From: Candidatus Bathyarchaeia archaeon
Lineage (GTDB): Archaea; Thermoproteota; Bathyarchaeia; Bathyarchaeales; Bathycorpusculaceae
DNA length: 63,607 bases
NCBI GenBank assembly: GCA_049969855.1
Contig: JBMFOB010000006.1
Span: forward strand, 1 to 63,607
Direction: 5' to 3'
Position 1 is the stretch's first letter. Every line of letters begins with the position of its first letter. Positions 1-10,903 of the stretch are shown one piece after another. The position numbers were made by a program, and so were the translations under genes. The notes beneath the pieces are model-generated. The model was not told the DNA's origin and did no database searches. It saw only the letters and a program-made list of their open reading frames with translations.

Positions 1-590
1 CTCGCATGGAGCAGCATTCTCTCGCTTGGCTTCATAAAGCCAACAGCCAGCTTTAGGCTTAAGGTGAACTTAGCCCACTTATGGGTTTTCATGCAACAAA
101 CATAAACAAGCTTCTCAGCCTTTAAGGCGCTTTCTGGTAAACTAACCTCTCTAAGATATTTACCACCAGTGGCAACCTTAACCCATTTGCCCTCATCAAA
201 AAACACAATCTCCGCGCCAGCTTCCTCTGCCTTCGCAATCATGCCAGTTTCCGCCAAAACTTTTCTAGCTGAAAGTGAAACCATAGAAGATTCGCCGAGA
301 ATCACCCTCGCAGCGCCATGCTCAAGTAAGAGTTCAATAACAGTCTTCACAAATTCTGGGTCGCTTGAAGCAGGTGGCGGGTCGGCAGTGTTGAAGTTTG
401 GCTTCAGCCATATTTCGTCGCCTTTGTTAACAAATTTGTTGAAGCCGCCAATCAAATCTACAGCCTTTAAAATGTTCTCTTTCAAATTTTTGACGTTGCC
501 CACTTTGCTAACTAAAGCCTTACCGTCTTTCTTGTATGGATTCTCTTTAAACTTGCCAATTCCTTCAACGTGCACGCTAATCACTGTCAT
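1..590 (-). CDS. DUF362 family protein (3' end runs off the window)
   Basis: Manual minus-strand translation from ATG at 590 gives MTVISVHVEG...KGDEIWLKPNFNTADPPPASSDPEFVKTVIELLLEHGAARVILGESS; the LKPN...PEFV...GES pattern is typical of DUF362. Confidence 0.75.
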   Translation of the reverse strand, partial: MTVISVHVEGIGKFKENPYKKDGKALVSKVGNVKNLKENILKAVDLIGGFNKFVNKGDEIWLKPNFNTADPPPASSDPEFVKTVIELLLEHGAARVILGESSMVSLSARKVLAETGMIAKAEEAGAEIVFFDEGKWVKVATGGKYLREVSLPESALKAEKLVYVCCMKTHKWAKFTLSLKLAVGFMKPSERMLLHA

Positions 591-642
591 AATAATGGGG
601 TGTTCAAAAATTTAGGCTTTAACCAAAACAGAAGCTAAAATT

Positions 643-1152
643 TTAAATTATGTAATTGTCCGTTTTCTCAAAATCCTTAACTATTTCCATAACCCGCTTT
701 GGAACATTAACCCCTTCTAATGGAATTCCTTTAAGCAGAGCCCAAGGACTCTTTTTAGCAATAACAGAGGCAATGTGGTCTTCGCCAAAACATTTCTTTG
801 CAACTTCATAAACCAACTCTCTGACTGCAACCTCTGAAAACTCGCCTAAAGCATGCAAATACTCATGCAACAACAAATTATAAACCAAAGCGTTGACAAC
901 ACGCTTCGAATTAAGCGCAACCTCAACTATTTGAATTAGGCGCCTGTTCAAAACTATGTTGTTTGTTCCGAAAGGATGGTAGGCGCCAAGTTGAATGGGT
1001 AAGTCATCGAGAAAAAGCATCATTCCACCTCTGCGCCTATGCAGCGAATAGTAGACGCTTTCTTTGACAATCTCCCAGACTTCCCCATAACTTTTAGCAT
1101 TATCTAAACGCTTACGAAAACTCTCAGTGTTTGCCAAATTGTTTTCACTCAT
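643..1152 (-). CDS. Conserved archaeal protein with HExxH zinc metallopeptidase-like motif
   Basis: LLHEYLHALG motif; overlaps the upstream methyltransferase by 4 nt. Confidence 0.6.
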   Translation of the reverse strand: MSENNLANTESFRKRLDNAKSYGEVWEIVKESVYYSLHRRRGGMMLFLDDLPIQLGAYHPFGTNNIVLNRRLIQIVEVALNSKRVVNALVYNLLLHEYLHALGEFSEVAVRELVYEVAKKCFGEDHIASVIAKKSPWALLKGIPLEGVNVPKRVMEIVKDFEKTDNYII

Positions 1153-1934
1153 CTTGCTTTAGCCACCAAATTCAAACTCGTCAACGGACTCATAGGCTGT
1201 AAGGTTGAAAAATTCCCATAAAATGCAACAGGCTCCCATCCAGCTTCTCTAAGAAGCGAAGAGAGTTCGCTTGGGCTGTAAACGTGAAGTTCATACTCCA
1301 CTCTGTCAATAAACTCTAAATTTTCCCCGCACTTTTTGTAAAATGTCCACACAGTCTTTAATTGGGCTGTTGTTGGGTCATATTTTCTGCTTTCCAATAG
1401 CACTATGTTATCCACTTCATCATAACCTGTGGGAACAAATTTCAAAGCCAAAAACTCAGTATGCATGGTTTCAGCTATGAGCAACACAGCATTTTCTTTC
1501 GAAAGCTCTCTTGCCTGTTTAAAAATTTTAAGGTCGTCTTTTTGGGAGAAATATCCAATTGAAGTCCAAGCATTAACAACAATGTCAAAGGGTTGAGAAA
1601 TTTTTCCAACAACTTTCTTAAGATTTCTAACATCACCTTCTATGAAATTCGCCATGCTGGAAACATTATGCTCTTCAGCCTTTCTTTTTGCATCTTCCAA
1701 AAAAGCCTTTGAAATGTCCACTCCAACAGTCTTAAAGCCTAGCTTAGCCATATGTATGGAAATTCGCCCATTTCCACAGCACAAATCAAGCAGGCTGCCC
1801 GAAGTTATTCCAAAATCGCTAAGCACTTTAACCATGCCATTTACAACTTCCTCTGTTCGAAACCACCTCTCGTTTAAAAATTTCAAGAAAAGGCTTGAAT
1901 TTTTAACAAAAAGTTTCTCAATCCAATCGCTCAT
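1149..1934 (-). CDS. Class I SAM-dependent methyltransferase
   Basis: LLDLCCGNGR motif I, GVDIS, GDVR, FDIV. Confidence 0.85.
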   Translation of the reverse strand: MSDWIEKLFVKNSSLFLKFLNERWFRTEEVVNGMVKVLSDFGITSGSLLDLCCGNGRISIHMAKLGFKTVGVDISKAFLEDAKRKAEEHNVSSMANFIEGDVRNLKKVVGKISQPFDIVVNAWTSIGYFSQKDDLKIFKQARELSKENAVLLIAETMHTEFLALKFVPTGYDEVDNIVLLESRKYDPTTAQLKTVWTFYKKCGENLEFIDRVEYELHVYSPSELSSLLREAGWEPVAFYGNFSTLQPMSPLTSLNLVAKAR

Positions 1935-2050
1935 GACTTTGTATAAAGCGCACGTTTTCTAATATGCATTTTGGGAATCCGCCATTTCACCAAAACAAAT
2001 AAAGCATAGTATCTTAAATGGTTAGGGAAAAGCTTGGAGCGTAAAATTGG

Positions 2051-2482
2051 ATGGCAAGCATAATCCTCGTCAGAGATGTCATGTCAAAAGAAGTGAAAGT
2101 TGTGCGTCCAGACACAACCGTTAAGGAAGTTGTTGCCACAATGAACAAGTTTAACATAGGCTCAATAATAGTTGTGCAAGGCGAAAGACCAGTAGGCATC
2201 ATAACAGAACGCGACATACTAAGAAGGCTTGTGGAACCATGCCTAGCCCCAGAAACCCTAACCGCAAGACACATCATGACAAGCCCAGTTACGACGATAA
2301 GCGAAACAGCCACAATAGAGGAGGCAGCCAAACTCATGGCGAAAAAGAGGGTTAAGAAGCTTCCAGTTATGAGTGATGAGAAAATTGTTGGAATAGTAAC
2401 CTTCACAGACATAGTGACAAAAGTGCCAACAATGCTCTCTATACTGGAAGAACTCGTTAGACCACACAAACGCACATACTAA
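2051..2482 (+). CDS. CBS domain pair protein
   Basis: VRDVM...VGIITERDI...IMTSPV...LPV...VGIVT. Confidence 0.9.
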   Translation: MASIILVRDVMSKEVKVVRPDTTVKEVVATMNKFNIGSIIVVQGERPVGIITERDILRRLVEPCLAPETLTARHIMTSPVTTISETATIEEAAKLMAKKRVKKLPVMSDEKIVGIVTFTDIVTKVPTMLSILEELVRPHKRTY

Positions 2483-4104
2483 AATTCTGGTTTAGCCTTT
2501 CCTAACTTTTTATCCAAACACGCCTTAACAAAGCCGTAGTATTCTGGGTCTGGTCTTCCTGGGCGGCTTTTGAATTCTCCGTGAAACTGCGAAGCGAAAA
2601 AGAAGTAGTGGTTTGGAAGTTCCAATATTTCCATTCTTCGGCTGTCTGCGCTTTTTCCTGAAAACACTAAACCGTTTTTTTCAAATTTTTCTAAGTAGTC
2701 AAGGTTAACTTCGAATCTGTGGCGGTGGCGTTCTTGAATTTCTTCACTTTTGTAAAGTGTGTAAGCCATTGTGCTTGGTTTTATGAGTATTTTGTGGGCG
2801 CCTAAACGCATGGTAGCCCCCTTGATTTCTATGCCTCTCTGTTCTGGCATTAAATCTATTACGGGATGTGGTGAGTTTGGGTTTATTTCTGTGCTGTTTG
2901 CCTCCTTTAAGCCGCAGACGTTTCTTGCAAACTCGACAACTGCCAATTGAAAGCCGTAGCATATTCCGAGGAATGGAATGTTATTTTCTCTCGCAAACTT
3001 TATTGCCATAATTTTTCCTTCGGTGCCTCTTGGACCGAAACCGTAAGGCACAAAGATTCCGTCAAAATCCTTGAGAATTTCAAGTTTTTCAGGGTGTTCC
3101 TCAAACTTTTCAGCCTCCATGTATTCTATGGAAACTTTTGCTTTGCATTCTGCGCCTCCATGGCGGAGGGCTTCGTTCATGCTTACGTAACTGTCTGCTA
3201 ATCCCGCATACTTTCCAACTAGGGCTATGCGCACTTCATGTTTTGGATTTGTTATGGCGTCTACGAATTCCTTCCAGCCCTTAAAGTCTGGTTTGCTCCC
3301 CGAAAAGCCAAGCCTTTTGCATATGAAGTTGCCCATTCCCTGCTCATCCAAAATTAGGGGAACCTGATAAATTGATTCCACGTTGTAGGAGCAGAAAACT
3401 GCATTTTCTGGGATAGTGCCAAACAAGGCTATTTTTCTCAAAGCTTCAGAATCAATCATTTCAGAACAGCGGGCAACAATAATGTCTGGTTGAATTCCTA
3501 TTCGCCTTAGCTCGTTTACGCTGTGCTGTAATGGTTTGGTTTTCATCTCCTTTGTGACATCTAATATGGGAACTAGGGCTACATGCACGTACAATGTGTT
3601 TTCAAAGCCTTCTTCTAAGCGCATTTGGCGAATAGCTTCAAGGAAGGGTAAGCCCTCAATGTCGCCTACTGTGCCGCCGACTTCTGTCAAAACTACATCA
3701 ACGTTTGAGGATTTTGCCACGGTGCGGATGCGATTTTTAATCTCATTTGTCACGTGAGGCACGATTTGGACGCATCTTCCGAGAAAGTCGCCTCGGCGCT
3801 CTTTTTCTATGACAGCCCTATAAACTAAGCCGGTAGTAACATTGTTTTCTTTTTTCAGGTTTAAATCAAGAAAGCGTTCATACCAACCCAAATCAAGGTC
3901 TGTTTCGCCTCCGTCGTCTGTCACGTAAACTTCTCCGTGCATGTAAGGGTTCATTGTTCCAGCGTCAACATTCACGTAAGGGTCAATTTTCACAGCCGTA
4001 ACTTTCAAACCTCTTGCTTGAAGCATCTTTCCAATGGAAGAAGTTACTATGCCCTTGCCAACTGAACTTAACACGCCACCCGTAACAAATATGTATTTAA
4101 CCAT
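2479..4104 (-). CDS. pyrG: CTP synthase
   Basis: [35 protein letters not shown] glutaminase Cys, [15 protein letters not shown]. Start placed at MVKY. Confidence 0.97.
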   Translation of the reverse strand: MVKYIFVTGGVLSSVGKGIVTSSIGKMLQARGLKVTAVKIDPYVNVDAGTMNPYMHGEVYVTDDGGETDLDLGWYERFLDLNLKKENNVTTGLVYRAVIEKERRGDFLGRCVQIVPHVTNEIKNRIRTVAKSSNVDVVLTEVGGTVGDIEGLPFLEAIRQMRLEEGFENTLYVHVALVPILDVTKEMKTKPLQHSVNELRRIGIQPDIIVARCSEMIDSEALRKIALFGTIPENAVFCSYNVESIYQVPLILDEQGMGNFICKRLGFSGSKPDFKGWKEFVDAITNPKHEVRIALVGKYAGLADSYVSMNEALRHGGAECKAKVSIEYMEAEKFEEHPEKLEILKDFDGIFVPYGFGPRGTEGKIMAIKFARENNIPFLGICYGFQLAVVEFARNVCGLKEANSTEINPNSPHPVIDLMPEQRGIEIKGATMRLGAHKILIKPSTMAYTLYKSEEIQERHRHRFEVNLDYLEKFEKNGLVFSGKSADSRRMEILELPNHYFFFASQFHGEFKSRPGRPDPEYYGFVKACLDKKLGKAKPEF

Positions 4105-4346
4105 GATTTCTCCTCGTAATAACAAAACCATAAAACCACAATTAGCATTTAAATTCTTTCATTCACGGAAATCACTGCAGACCCTATTTCCATACTCTTG
4201 GCGATTAGTCTATCTTAAAAGTTTGAAAATGTTGCAATTATTGTTAAAACTATAGAGATTATGACTCCAACCATGAAGCCGAACCATCCTATGGCTTCAT
4301 TTATCCATAAAACTTTCCATCGGTATACAAAAGCATCAACCAAACT

Positions 4347-4964
4347 TCACCTTTTCTTAAGTTTTGGACCTTTATTTTTCGTTTGGTATGGAAGCTTCTT
4401 TGTTCTGAAAATTTCGCTTATGGCTTTTGCTTGGAAGCCAGCAACGCTTACGGCAATTCGTTTAAAGCCTAAATTGAAAGCCCTTTTTACGCCTTCAACT
4501 TGGTCAATTTGCGCAGTGGCTTTATCTAAAATTGTTCCGCCTTTTTCTTCGATGTACGCCATAATTTCTTTTATTGGCGTGGTTTTGATTATGCCAGTTA
4601 AACGGGCGCCGATGGCTTGCACAAGCCTTCCATTTGCTGTTATAACAGTTCCAGCGCCTTCGCCTACAACAACAGCACAGTCAATGAGCTTTTTCTCAAG
4701 CCAAACCCGCATCATTTCAGAAGCTCCATAAGCCACAATAGGCTCCGCGTCGAAGAGGCGGTTTGCACAGCAGAAGCCAAAGCCAGCAACTTTCATTTCA
4801 ACAGTTTTCTGCACAGCGTCAACGTCAATTTTTTTGGTTCCATAGAGGGCTTCGTGGAGTGGGCAATATTCTATTAATGGTTCGCTTAGAATTTTTATGC
4901 CATTTTCTGAAATCCTAACGCGGGCTCCGCAGCAGTAGATTTCATGCACTCCTTTGACGCTCAT
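4347..4964 (-). CDS. Methanogenesis marker 8 family protein (DUF2099), apparently C-terminally truncated
   Basis: IEYCPLH, GFC, GASE, GAGTVI, VQAIGARLTG, AQIDQVEG; the sequence ends in a non-conserved-looking tail after ISEI. Confidence 0.7.
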   Translation of the reverse strand: MSVKGVHEIYCCGARVRISENGIKILSEPLIEYCPLHEALYGTKKIDVDAVQKTVEMKVAGFGFCCANRLFDAEPIVAYGASEMMRVWLEKKLIDCAVVVGEGAGTVITANGRLVQAIGARLTGIIKTTPIKEIMAYIEEKGGTILDKATAQIDQVEGVKRAFNLGFKRIAVSVAGFQAKAISEIFRTKKLPYQTKNKGPKLKKR

Positions 4965-5006
4965 CAGTTAGACGCTCACATGTGAAGAGAAAGGAGCCAG
5001 CGATTT

Positions 5007-5297
5007 TTATTGTTCCTTGTTCACCATTTCGTTAATCTGCTGCTCCATCATGTGACCGCTACAATAAACCGAGACTTTTTTGACGCCGTCAACTTTCTTT
5101 GCTGCTTCCTTAACGTCTATGGCAAGTTTGAAGGCTATTGGACAGAAGGGGCTTGATGGAATAAACTCCACCTTAACAACGCCTGGCGCTTCCTCTTTTA
5201 CCTCTTTAACCATGTGCATTTCAGCGAAACTTAAACCAGTTTCCGGGTCTACGACTTTGCCAACTGCTTCCCGAACTTTATCTTCCAGTTCAGTCAA
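5007..5297 (-). CDS. DUF59 / SufT-like Fe-S cluster assembly protein
   Basis: VVDPETGLS...PSSPFCP motif; likely TTG start at 5297. Confidence 0.8.
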   Translation of the reverse strand: MTELEDKVREAVGKVVDPETGLSFAEMHMVKEVKEEAPGVVKVEFIPSSPFCPIAFKLAIDVKEAAKKVDGVKKVSVYCSGHMMEQQINEMVNKEQ

Positions 5298-5357
5298 ACC
5301 TTTTACACACCCATTTATTTGCTTCATGAATAAGCGTGAATGTGCCATATAAACTAT

Positions 5358-6905
5358 TTATTGAAAATCATTGCTTTTGTTCACTCTTTTCTGGAACATT
5401 CGCCAACTCAAAGCCATGGTCCTCGGATGGGAAGCTTTCACCTCATCCAGCTTTGGAACAGCAGTGTTATTTGGTGCTTTCAGAACGACTTCTGGATTCC
5501 TGTAAGCCTCTTCGCAGATTTTCTGCATGGCATCGACGAATCTGTCAAGTTCCTCCTTCTCGTAGGTTTCTGTTGGTTCAATCATGAGCGCTTCTTCAAC
5601 AATTAGTGGAAAGTAAATTGTTGGCGCATGCAATCCATAGTCAAGGAGGCGTTTTGCAATGTTTAGGGCTGAAACCCCAGTTTCGTTTTTTAATGGTTTG
5701 GCGCTGAAGACGCATTCGTGTTTTCTTGGCTTTTCACTATTATATGGAACGGTTAAGCCCTTAACATCTTTCAGTTTTTTAAGCAGGTAATTGGCGTTTA
5801 AAACGGAAACTTCAGCCACTTCTTTTAAGCCTTCAAAGCCCAAGCTTAGAATGTAAGCATACGCCTTCAGCAATACAGCAACATTCCCATAAAAACTGCG
5901 AATCTTTCCAACGCTGTGAGGTTTACTATAATCTAAATGGTATTTTTCGCCATCATAAACTATGCTGGGAACAGGCAGAAAATCAGCCAACCTCTTTGAA
6001 ACGCCAACAGGTCCAGCTCCTGGACCGCCTCCTCCGTGGGGTGTGCTGAAGGTTTTGTGTATGTTTATGTGGACTATGTCGAAGCCCATGTCTCCTGGTC
6101 TAACAATGCCCAAAAGGGGGTTTAGGTTTGCACCGTCATAATATAGGAGTCCGCCAGCTTCGTGGATGGTTTTGGCTATTTCTTCAATGTTCTTTTCAAA
6201 AATTCCAAGTGTATTTGGGTTTGTAAGCATTAAACCCGCCGTTTTTTCTGAAACTGCCACCTTTAAGGCTTCTAGGTTAACGCAACCTTCGTCGTCTGAT
6301 GGGACAACGACAACTTTGAAGCCAGCCATTGTTGCGCTTGCTGGGTTTGTTCCATGAGCTGAGTCTGGAACGATGACTTCGCTTCTTTTTTCGCCTTCAC
6401 CGTTTATTTTGTGGTATGCCCGCATTAGCAGGGTTCCTAAAAACTCGCCGTGGGCGCCAGCGGCTGGATGTAGGCAGACCTCATAAGTGCCTGTTATTTC
6501 TGCAAGCCAGCGTTCGAGTTTGTAGAGGATTTCAAGTATGCCTTGCACTGTGTTTTCGTTTTGGTATGGATGAAGATTGGCGATGGTTGGCAAATTAGCG
6601 ATTTGCTCGTTTATTTTTGGGTTATACTTCATTGTGCAGCTTCCAAGGGGATAAAAGCCAGAATCAACTCCATAGTTCATTTGTGACAAGCGTATGAAGT
6701 GGCGTGTTACCTCTGCCTCAGAAAGTTCAGGAAGCCTAAGCTGACTTGTGCGTTGCATATTCTTCGGTAAAAGCGTATCTGCTTCGCCTACAGCATTTTT
6801 GATTTCTTCCTCCAACTTCGGCGGAATATGTCCTCTCCTTCCTTCCTTTCCAATTTTGAAAATTATGGGTTCGTTCCAGTTTGCTTGCTTAAACATTTCA
6901 TTCAC
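5358..6905 (-). CDS. gcvPB: Glycine cleavage system P protein subunit 2
   Basis: FYPLGSCTMKYNP, PDSAHGTNPASA, HKTFSTPHGGGGPG. Confidence 0.95.
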   Translation of the reverse strand: MNEMFKQANWNEPIIFKIGKEGRRGHIPPKLEEEIKNAVGEADTLLPKNMQRTSQLRLPELSEAEVTRHFIRLSQMNYGVDSGFYPLGSCTMKYNPKINEQIANLPTIANLHPYQNENTVQGILEILYKLERWLAEITGTYEVCLHPAAGAHGEFLGTLLMRAYHKINGEGEKRSEVIVPDSAHGTNPASATMAGFKVVVVPSDDEGCVNLEALKVAVSEKTAGLMLTNPNTLGIFEKNIEEIAKTIHEAGGLLYYDGANLNPLLGIVRPGDMGFDIVHINIHKTFSTPHGGGGPGAGPVGVSKRLADFLPVPSIVYDGEKYHLDYSKPHSVGKIRSFYGNVAVLLKAYAYILSLGFEGLKEVAEVSVLNANYLLKKLKDVKGLTVPYNSEKPRKHECVFSAKPLKNETGVSALNIAKRLLDYGLHAPTIYFPLIVEEALMIEPTETYEKEELDRFVDAMQKICEEAYRNPEVVLKAPNNTAVPKLDEVKASHPRTMALSWRMFQKRVNKSNDFQ

Positions 6906-8311
6906 CTTCCAGCCAAAACTTTGTTTAAAGCCTCCGCTAAACGGTCAATTTCCGCTTTTGAATGGATTTCAGTCACGCAGTATAGGGCTGTTTCGCCCAA
7001 TTCTGGAAACTCTTTAGAAATGTCTTTGCCACCTTGGATTTGACGCTGCAAAAGGGCTTCATGAATTTCTTTAACGGTTAATCCAGCGCCATCAAAATTT
7101 ACTGTGAACTCTTTGAAGTGATATGCATTGAAAAATGGCGCTTTAACGCCTTCTATTTTTGAAATTTTGCGCATGGCATAATTAGCCTTACAAACAATTG
7201 TTTCGCCAAGCTCCCTTAAGCCTTTGGGTCCAAGCAGAGCCATGTAAACTGCGGAGGCTACTGCGCATAGGGCTTCGTTGGAGCAGATGTTGGATGTTGC
7301 TTTCTCACGCCTAATATGTTGTTCCCGAGTCTGCAGAGCCATGCAAAAACCTTGCCTCTCATTATCTACAGTTGTTGTTAATCCAATTATGCGACCAAGC
7401 ATCTGCCTAACCAAATTCATGTCATCACGGCAAGCGAATATCCCCAAAAGTGGACCCCCAAAATTCACTGGGTTTCCTAATGGTTGGGCTTCTCCGATGA
7501 CGATGTCCGCATTATAATCGCCTGGCGGCTTCAAAATTCCCAGAGAAATTGGGTCAACGCCAACTATGAATAAAGCACCATGAGAATGCGCTTCTTTGCC
7601 AATTTCTTCGACTTGCGCTTCAATAAAGCCCAGATAGGAAGGATTTTCAATGTAGACGGCTGCTGTTTTGTTGGAAATTTTACTTCTCAAATCTTCAAGG
7701 CTTATTTGCCCATTTTCCCTTTCATAGGCTAATTTTTCAGTTTTTATTCCAGCTGGTTCAGCATAAGTTTTAAGCGTTAAAGCCCTTTCTGGATGGATGA
7801 TTTCTGGAATTAATATTTCGTTTCTTCCAGTAACGCGGGCTGCCATCCGTGCTGCTTCGCCTAAAGCTGAAGCCCAATCGTACATGGAGCAGTTGGCAAC
7901 ATCCATGGCTGTTAATTCGCAAATCATGCTCTGATACTCAAAGAGGGCTTGGAGCATTCCCTGAGAAATTTCTGGTTGGTAGGGCGTGTATGCGGTTAGG
8001 AATTCGCTGCGTTGAACAATTTCTTTCACAACGGCTGGAACATAATGGGGCCAGCATCCAGCGCCCAAAAAAATGGGCATATCATTGTATGTTTTGTTTT
8101 TTGAAAGTAGAGCCTCCACATGCCTTTTAACTTCAAATTCTGATGATGGAGTTTGCGGAATGTTTAGCGGCTTTTTTAGCTTGTATTTTTCTGGAACATC
8201 CGCGTAAAGTTCATCTATGCTTTTAATGCCAATTTCCCGCATTATTTCATGTTTTATTTTTGGGTGAGAATTTGGAATGTAGGGATGGTTATGCTTCTCC
8301 AAGGGTTTCAC
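6902..8311 (-). CDS. gcvPA: Glycine cleavage system P protein subunit 1
   Basis: EFLTAYTPYQPEISQG, LQTREQHIRREKATSNICSN. Confidence 0.95.
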   Translation of the reverse strand: MKPLEKHNHPYIPNSHPKIKHEIMREIGIKSIDELYADVPEKYKLKKPLNIPQTPSSEFEVKRHVEALLSKNKTYNDMPIFLGAGCWPHYVPAVVKEIVQRSEFLTAYTPYQPEISQGMLQALFEYQSMICELTAMDVANCSMYDWASALGEAARMAARVTGRNEILIPEIIHPERALTLKTYAEPAGIKTEKLAYERENGQISLEDLRSKISNKTAAVYIENPSYLGFIEAQVEEIGKEAHSHGALFIVGVDPISLGILKPPGDYNADIVIGEAQPLGNPVNFGGPLLGIFACRDDMNLVRQMLGRIIGLTTTVDNERQGFCMALQTREQHIRREKATSNICSNEALCAVASAVYMALLGPKGLRELGETIVCKANYAMRKISKIEGVKAPFFNAYHFKEFTVNFDGAGLTVKEIHEALLQRQIQGGKDISKEFPELGETALYCVTEIHSKAEIDRLAEALNKVLAGR

Positions 8312-8372
8312 CGTTAAGAGTTAAACACTAAATTACTGTGGTTTCTTTAAGCTTTTCAGCTTTGGGAAGGGT

Positions 8373-8885
8373 TTAATATTGTATTCCTTTTGTTGTAACC
8401 ATTTCCTTTGGATATTTGACGTCTACTATTTCGTTTACAAAATCTGCCCTTTCCAAAAGTTCTTTTGGGGCAAACCTTCCAGTCAAAACCACATCGGTTT
8501 TTTTTGGAATTTTGTCCAATAACCCTAGAACATCTTTTACTTCTAAAAGTTTGCAGTATAAGGCTAAGTTAATTTCATCCAAGACTAGCAGGTGCGGCTT
8601 TTTCTCCTTGACAATTTTTTCTGCGAACCTTAAGGCTTTTTGGGCTAGTTTTTTGTCTTCTTCGCCTAAATTGCCTAGCCCATGCCATCCCTTGCGTCCA
8701 AACTGGTAAATTTCATAGTAGGGCGAAAGCATGTTGCGAATCTTGTATTCGCCTGTCTTTTTCCACCATTTCAAAAATTGGATTATTACAACTTTCCTTT
8801 TATGTCCAACAGAGCGTAAGGCTAATCCTAAGGCGTTTGTGGTTTTTCCGGCGCCTGTTCCTGTGTAGAGGTAAATGTAACCCAT
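8373..8885 (-). CDS. cobO: Cob(I)yrinic acid a,c-diamide adenosyltransferase (CobA/CobO/BtuR family)
   Basis: YTGTGAGKTT, IQFLK, LVLDE, VVLTGR. Confidence 0.85.
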   Translation of the reverse strand: MGYIYLYTGTGAGKTTNALGLALRSVGHKRKVVIIQFLKWWKKTGEYKIRNMLSPYYEIYQFGRKGWHGLGNLGEEDKKLAQKALRFAEKIVKEKKPHLLVLDEINLALYCKLLEVKDVLGLLDKIPKKTDVVLTGRFAPKELLERADFVNEIVDVKYPKEMVTTKGIQY

Positions 8886-8966
8886 TTGCTTTTTCCTTCA
8901 TGTTTTTGTGTTGAATATTGTTATAAGTCTTAAATATGATTGTTCCTTTTTTATCCTTTGGAGACG

Positions 8967-9380
8967 ATGATGACATACAACTATGAAGAGCTTTTGAAAA
9001 GGGCGCGTTCTCAGATTCCTGAAGTTTACTCTAAAAAGGAAAGGCTGGAAGTTCCTAGGCTTAATGTTTCAGTTATTGGCATGCGCACAATAGTTCACAA
9101 TTTTAAGGAAATAGCGGACGCTTTGGGGCGTGACCCACAGCATTTGTTGAAGTTTTTGACGCGGGAGTTGGCTACGGCTGCTACTTTGCAGGAGCAGAGG
9201 GCTATTTTTAAGGGGAAGTTTTCCCAAGAAACTTTGAATAGGCTTTTACAGCGGTATATAGAAAGTTTCATTGTATGTCCCGTCTGCAAACGCCCAGACA
9301 CAAAAATTGTAAAGGAGAAACGCCTATACTTTCTAGTGTGCGCAGCCTGCGGGGCAAAATCTCCTGTGCAACAACTTTAA
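8967..9380 (+). CDS. eif2b: Translation initiation factor aIF-2 beta subunit
   Basis: YEELLKRA...NFKEIA...ELAT...CPVCKRPDT...CAACGA zinc ribbon. Confidence 0.95.
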   Translation: MMTYNYEELLKRARSQIPEVYSKKERLEVPRLNVSVIGMRTIVHNFKEIADALGRDPQHLLKFLTRELATAATLQEQRAIFKGKFSQETLNRLLQRYIESFIVCPVCKRPDTKIVKEKRLYFLVCAACGAKSPVQQL

Positions 9381-9395
9381 AATGAGCGGCTAACC

Positions 9396-9692
9396 TTGGA
9401 AGTTTACATGAACCTTAGAAAAGTTGGCAACAACGTGCTTTTAGCTATATGCGACGCTGAGATTTTGGGCAAAACATTGCGAGAAGGCAAAATAACCTTC
9501 CATGTTAAAGAGGAATTCTATAAGGGCGTTAAAGTGAATGTTGAAGAGGCTGTGGCTATGATAGAAAATTCAACAATAGTGAATATGGTTGGAAAAACTG
9601 TTGTCAAGAAGGCTGTGGAAAAAGGTTACGTTCATCCCGAGGCTATATTAAACATTGAAGGGGTGCCCCACGCTCAAATAATAAAAATTTAG
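9396..9692 (+). CDS. DUF424 family protein
   Basis: LAICDAEILGK...FYKG...VNMVG...IEGVPHAQI; usual archaeal position next to eif2b. Confidence 0.85.
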   Translation: MEVYMNLRKVGNNVLLAICDAEILGKTLREGKITFHVKEEFYKGVKVNVEEAVAMIENSTIVNMVGKTVVKKAVEKGYVHPEAILNIEGVPHAQIIKI

Positions 9693-9763
9693 CAGTCTGG
9701 AAGTAAGCATGCTTTTAAGGAAGGGTGTATACTTCACTTAAGGAAAGCGTTTGAGGTGCTTGG

Positions 9764-10069
9764 TTGGGTAAAAAGAAGGTCCTAAGCGAAGAAGAATTAA
9801 GCGAGATGGTTTATCCTACGGCGAATGATGTTTTGGGTGTAGCCGTTAAACTTTTGGGTTTTGACCGTGTCTTGGTTAAGTGTCAGGATGGACATGAACG
9901 CTTATGTCGCATTAGGGGTAAGATGAAGCGTAGGGTTTGGATAAGGGAAGGCGATGTGGTTCTGGTTTCTCCATGGGATTTCCAAACTGACAAGCGGGGC
10001 GATTTGATTTGGCGTTACACAAAGTCACAGGCGGAACTGCTCCGCAGAAAAGGCTACTTAACAATCTAA
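9764..10069 (+). CDS. eif1a: Translation initiation factor aIF-1A
   Basis: CRIRGKMKRRVWIREGDVVLVSPWDFQ. Confidence 0.95.
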   Translation: MGKKKVLSEEELSEMVYPTANDVLGVAVKLLGFDRVLVKCQDGHERLCRIRGKMKRRVWIREGDVVLVSPWDFQTDKRGDLIWRYTKSQAELLRRKGYLTI

Positions 10070-10093
10070 TTTTAACATAATGGTGAACATATA

Positions 10094-10903
10094 GTGTCCC
10101 ATAGGAGAGTTATCGAGAGAAAACTTCACAGAAAAGAGAAAGAGTATGAAACTGAACAGTTGATGAAGGAGAAGAGAAGCGAAGAATACGAAGTTCTGGA
10201 AGAAGTTTTTGACCGATCAACCCTCATGGTCATATACGATTTTCTAAACAAGGGAACAATAGACGAAATCCACGGCGTAGTCAAAGCCGGAAAAGAGTCA
10301 AGGGTTTACTGGGGAAAGGATAGGGAAGGCAACGAGTTAGCCATAAAAATTTACTTAACAATCTCCGCAGAATTCCGCAAGGGCATGCTCAAATACATCG
10401 AAGGCGACCCAAGATTCAAAGGCGTTAGGCGTGACACTCGCTCAATAATTTTTGCATGGGCTCAAAAAGAATTCAAAAACCTTGAACAAGCAACATTTGC
10501 TGGAGTCCGCGTTCCAAAACCCATAGCCGTGAAAAATAACGTGTTAATAATGGAGTTTATAGGAGAAAATGGCGTATGCGCCCCATCCATGAAGGAGCAA
10601 CCGCCAAAAAATCCAGAAAAAACCTACAACACGCTCTTAACATATTTGAAAAGGCTTTATAACAGGGCTGAACTTGTTCATGGGGACTTAAGCGAATACA
10701 ACATTATGATTTGGAAAAACAAGCCAGTAATATTTGACATGTCGCAGGCTGTTCCGCTTTCGCATCCCATGGCAGACTTTCTATTGCACAGAGATTTAAC
10801 AAACATAAACAAGTTTTTCAGCAGATTAGGCGTTAATGTTTTTTCCACAGAAGAATGTTATATGAGGATTACGGAAATTGGCAAAACCAAGCACATTCCT
10901 TAA
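10094..10903 (+). CDS. rio1: Rio1-type serine/threonine kinase
   Basis: GKESRVY, WAQKEFKNL, LVHGDLSEYNI, DMSQAV. Confidence 0.93.
   Translation: MSHRRVIERKLHRKEKEYETEQLMKEKRSEEYEVLEEVFDRSTLMVIYDFLNKGTIDEIHGVVKAGKESRVYWGKDREGNELAIKIYLTISAEFRKGMLKYIEGDPRFKGVRRDTRSIIFAWAQKEFKNLEQATFAGVRVPKPIAVKNNVLIMEFIGENGVCAPSMKEQPPKNPEKTYNTLLTYLKRLYNRAELVHGDLSEYNIMIWKNKPVIFDMSQAVPLSHPMADFLLHRDLTNINKFFSRLGVNVFSTEECYMRITEIGKTKHIP

Noticed and set aside
169-615. 148-aa plus-strand ORF and the many other antisense ORFs within long genes
   Set aside because: They lie opposite genes with clear family motifs and have no motifs of their own.
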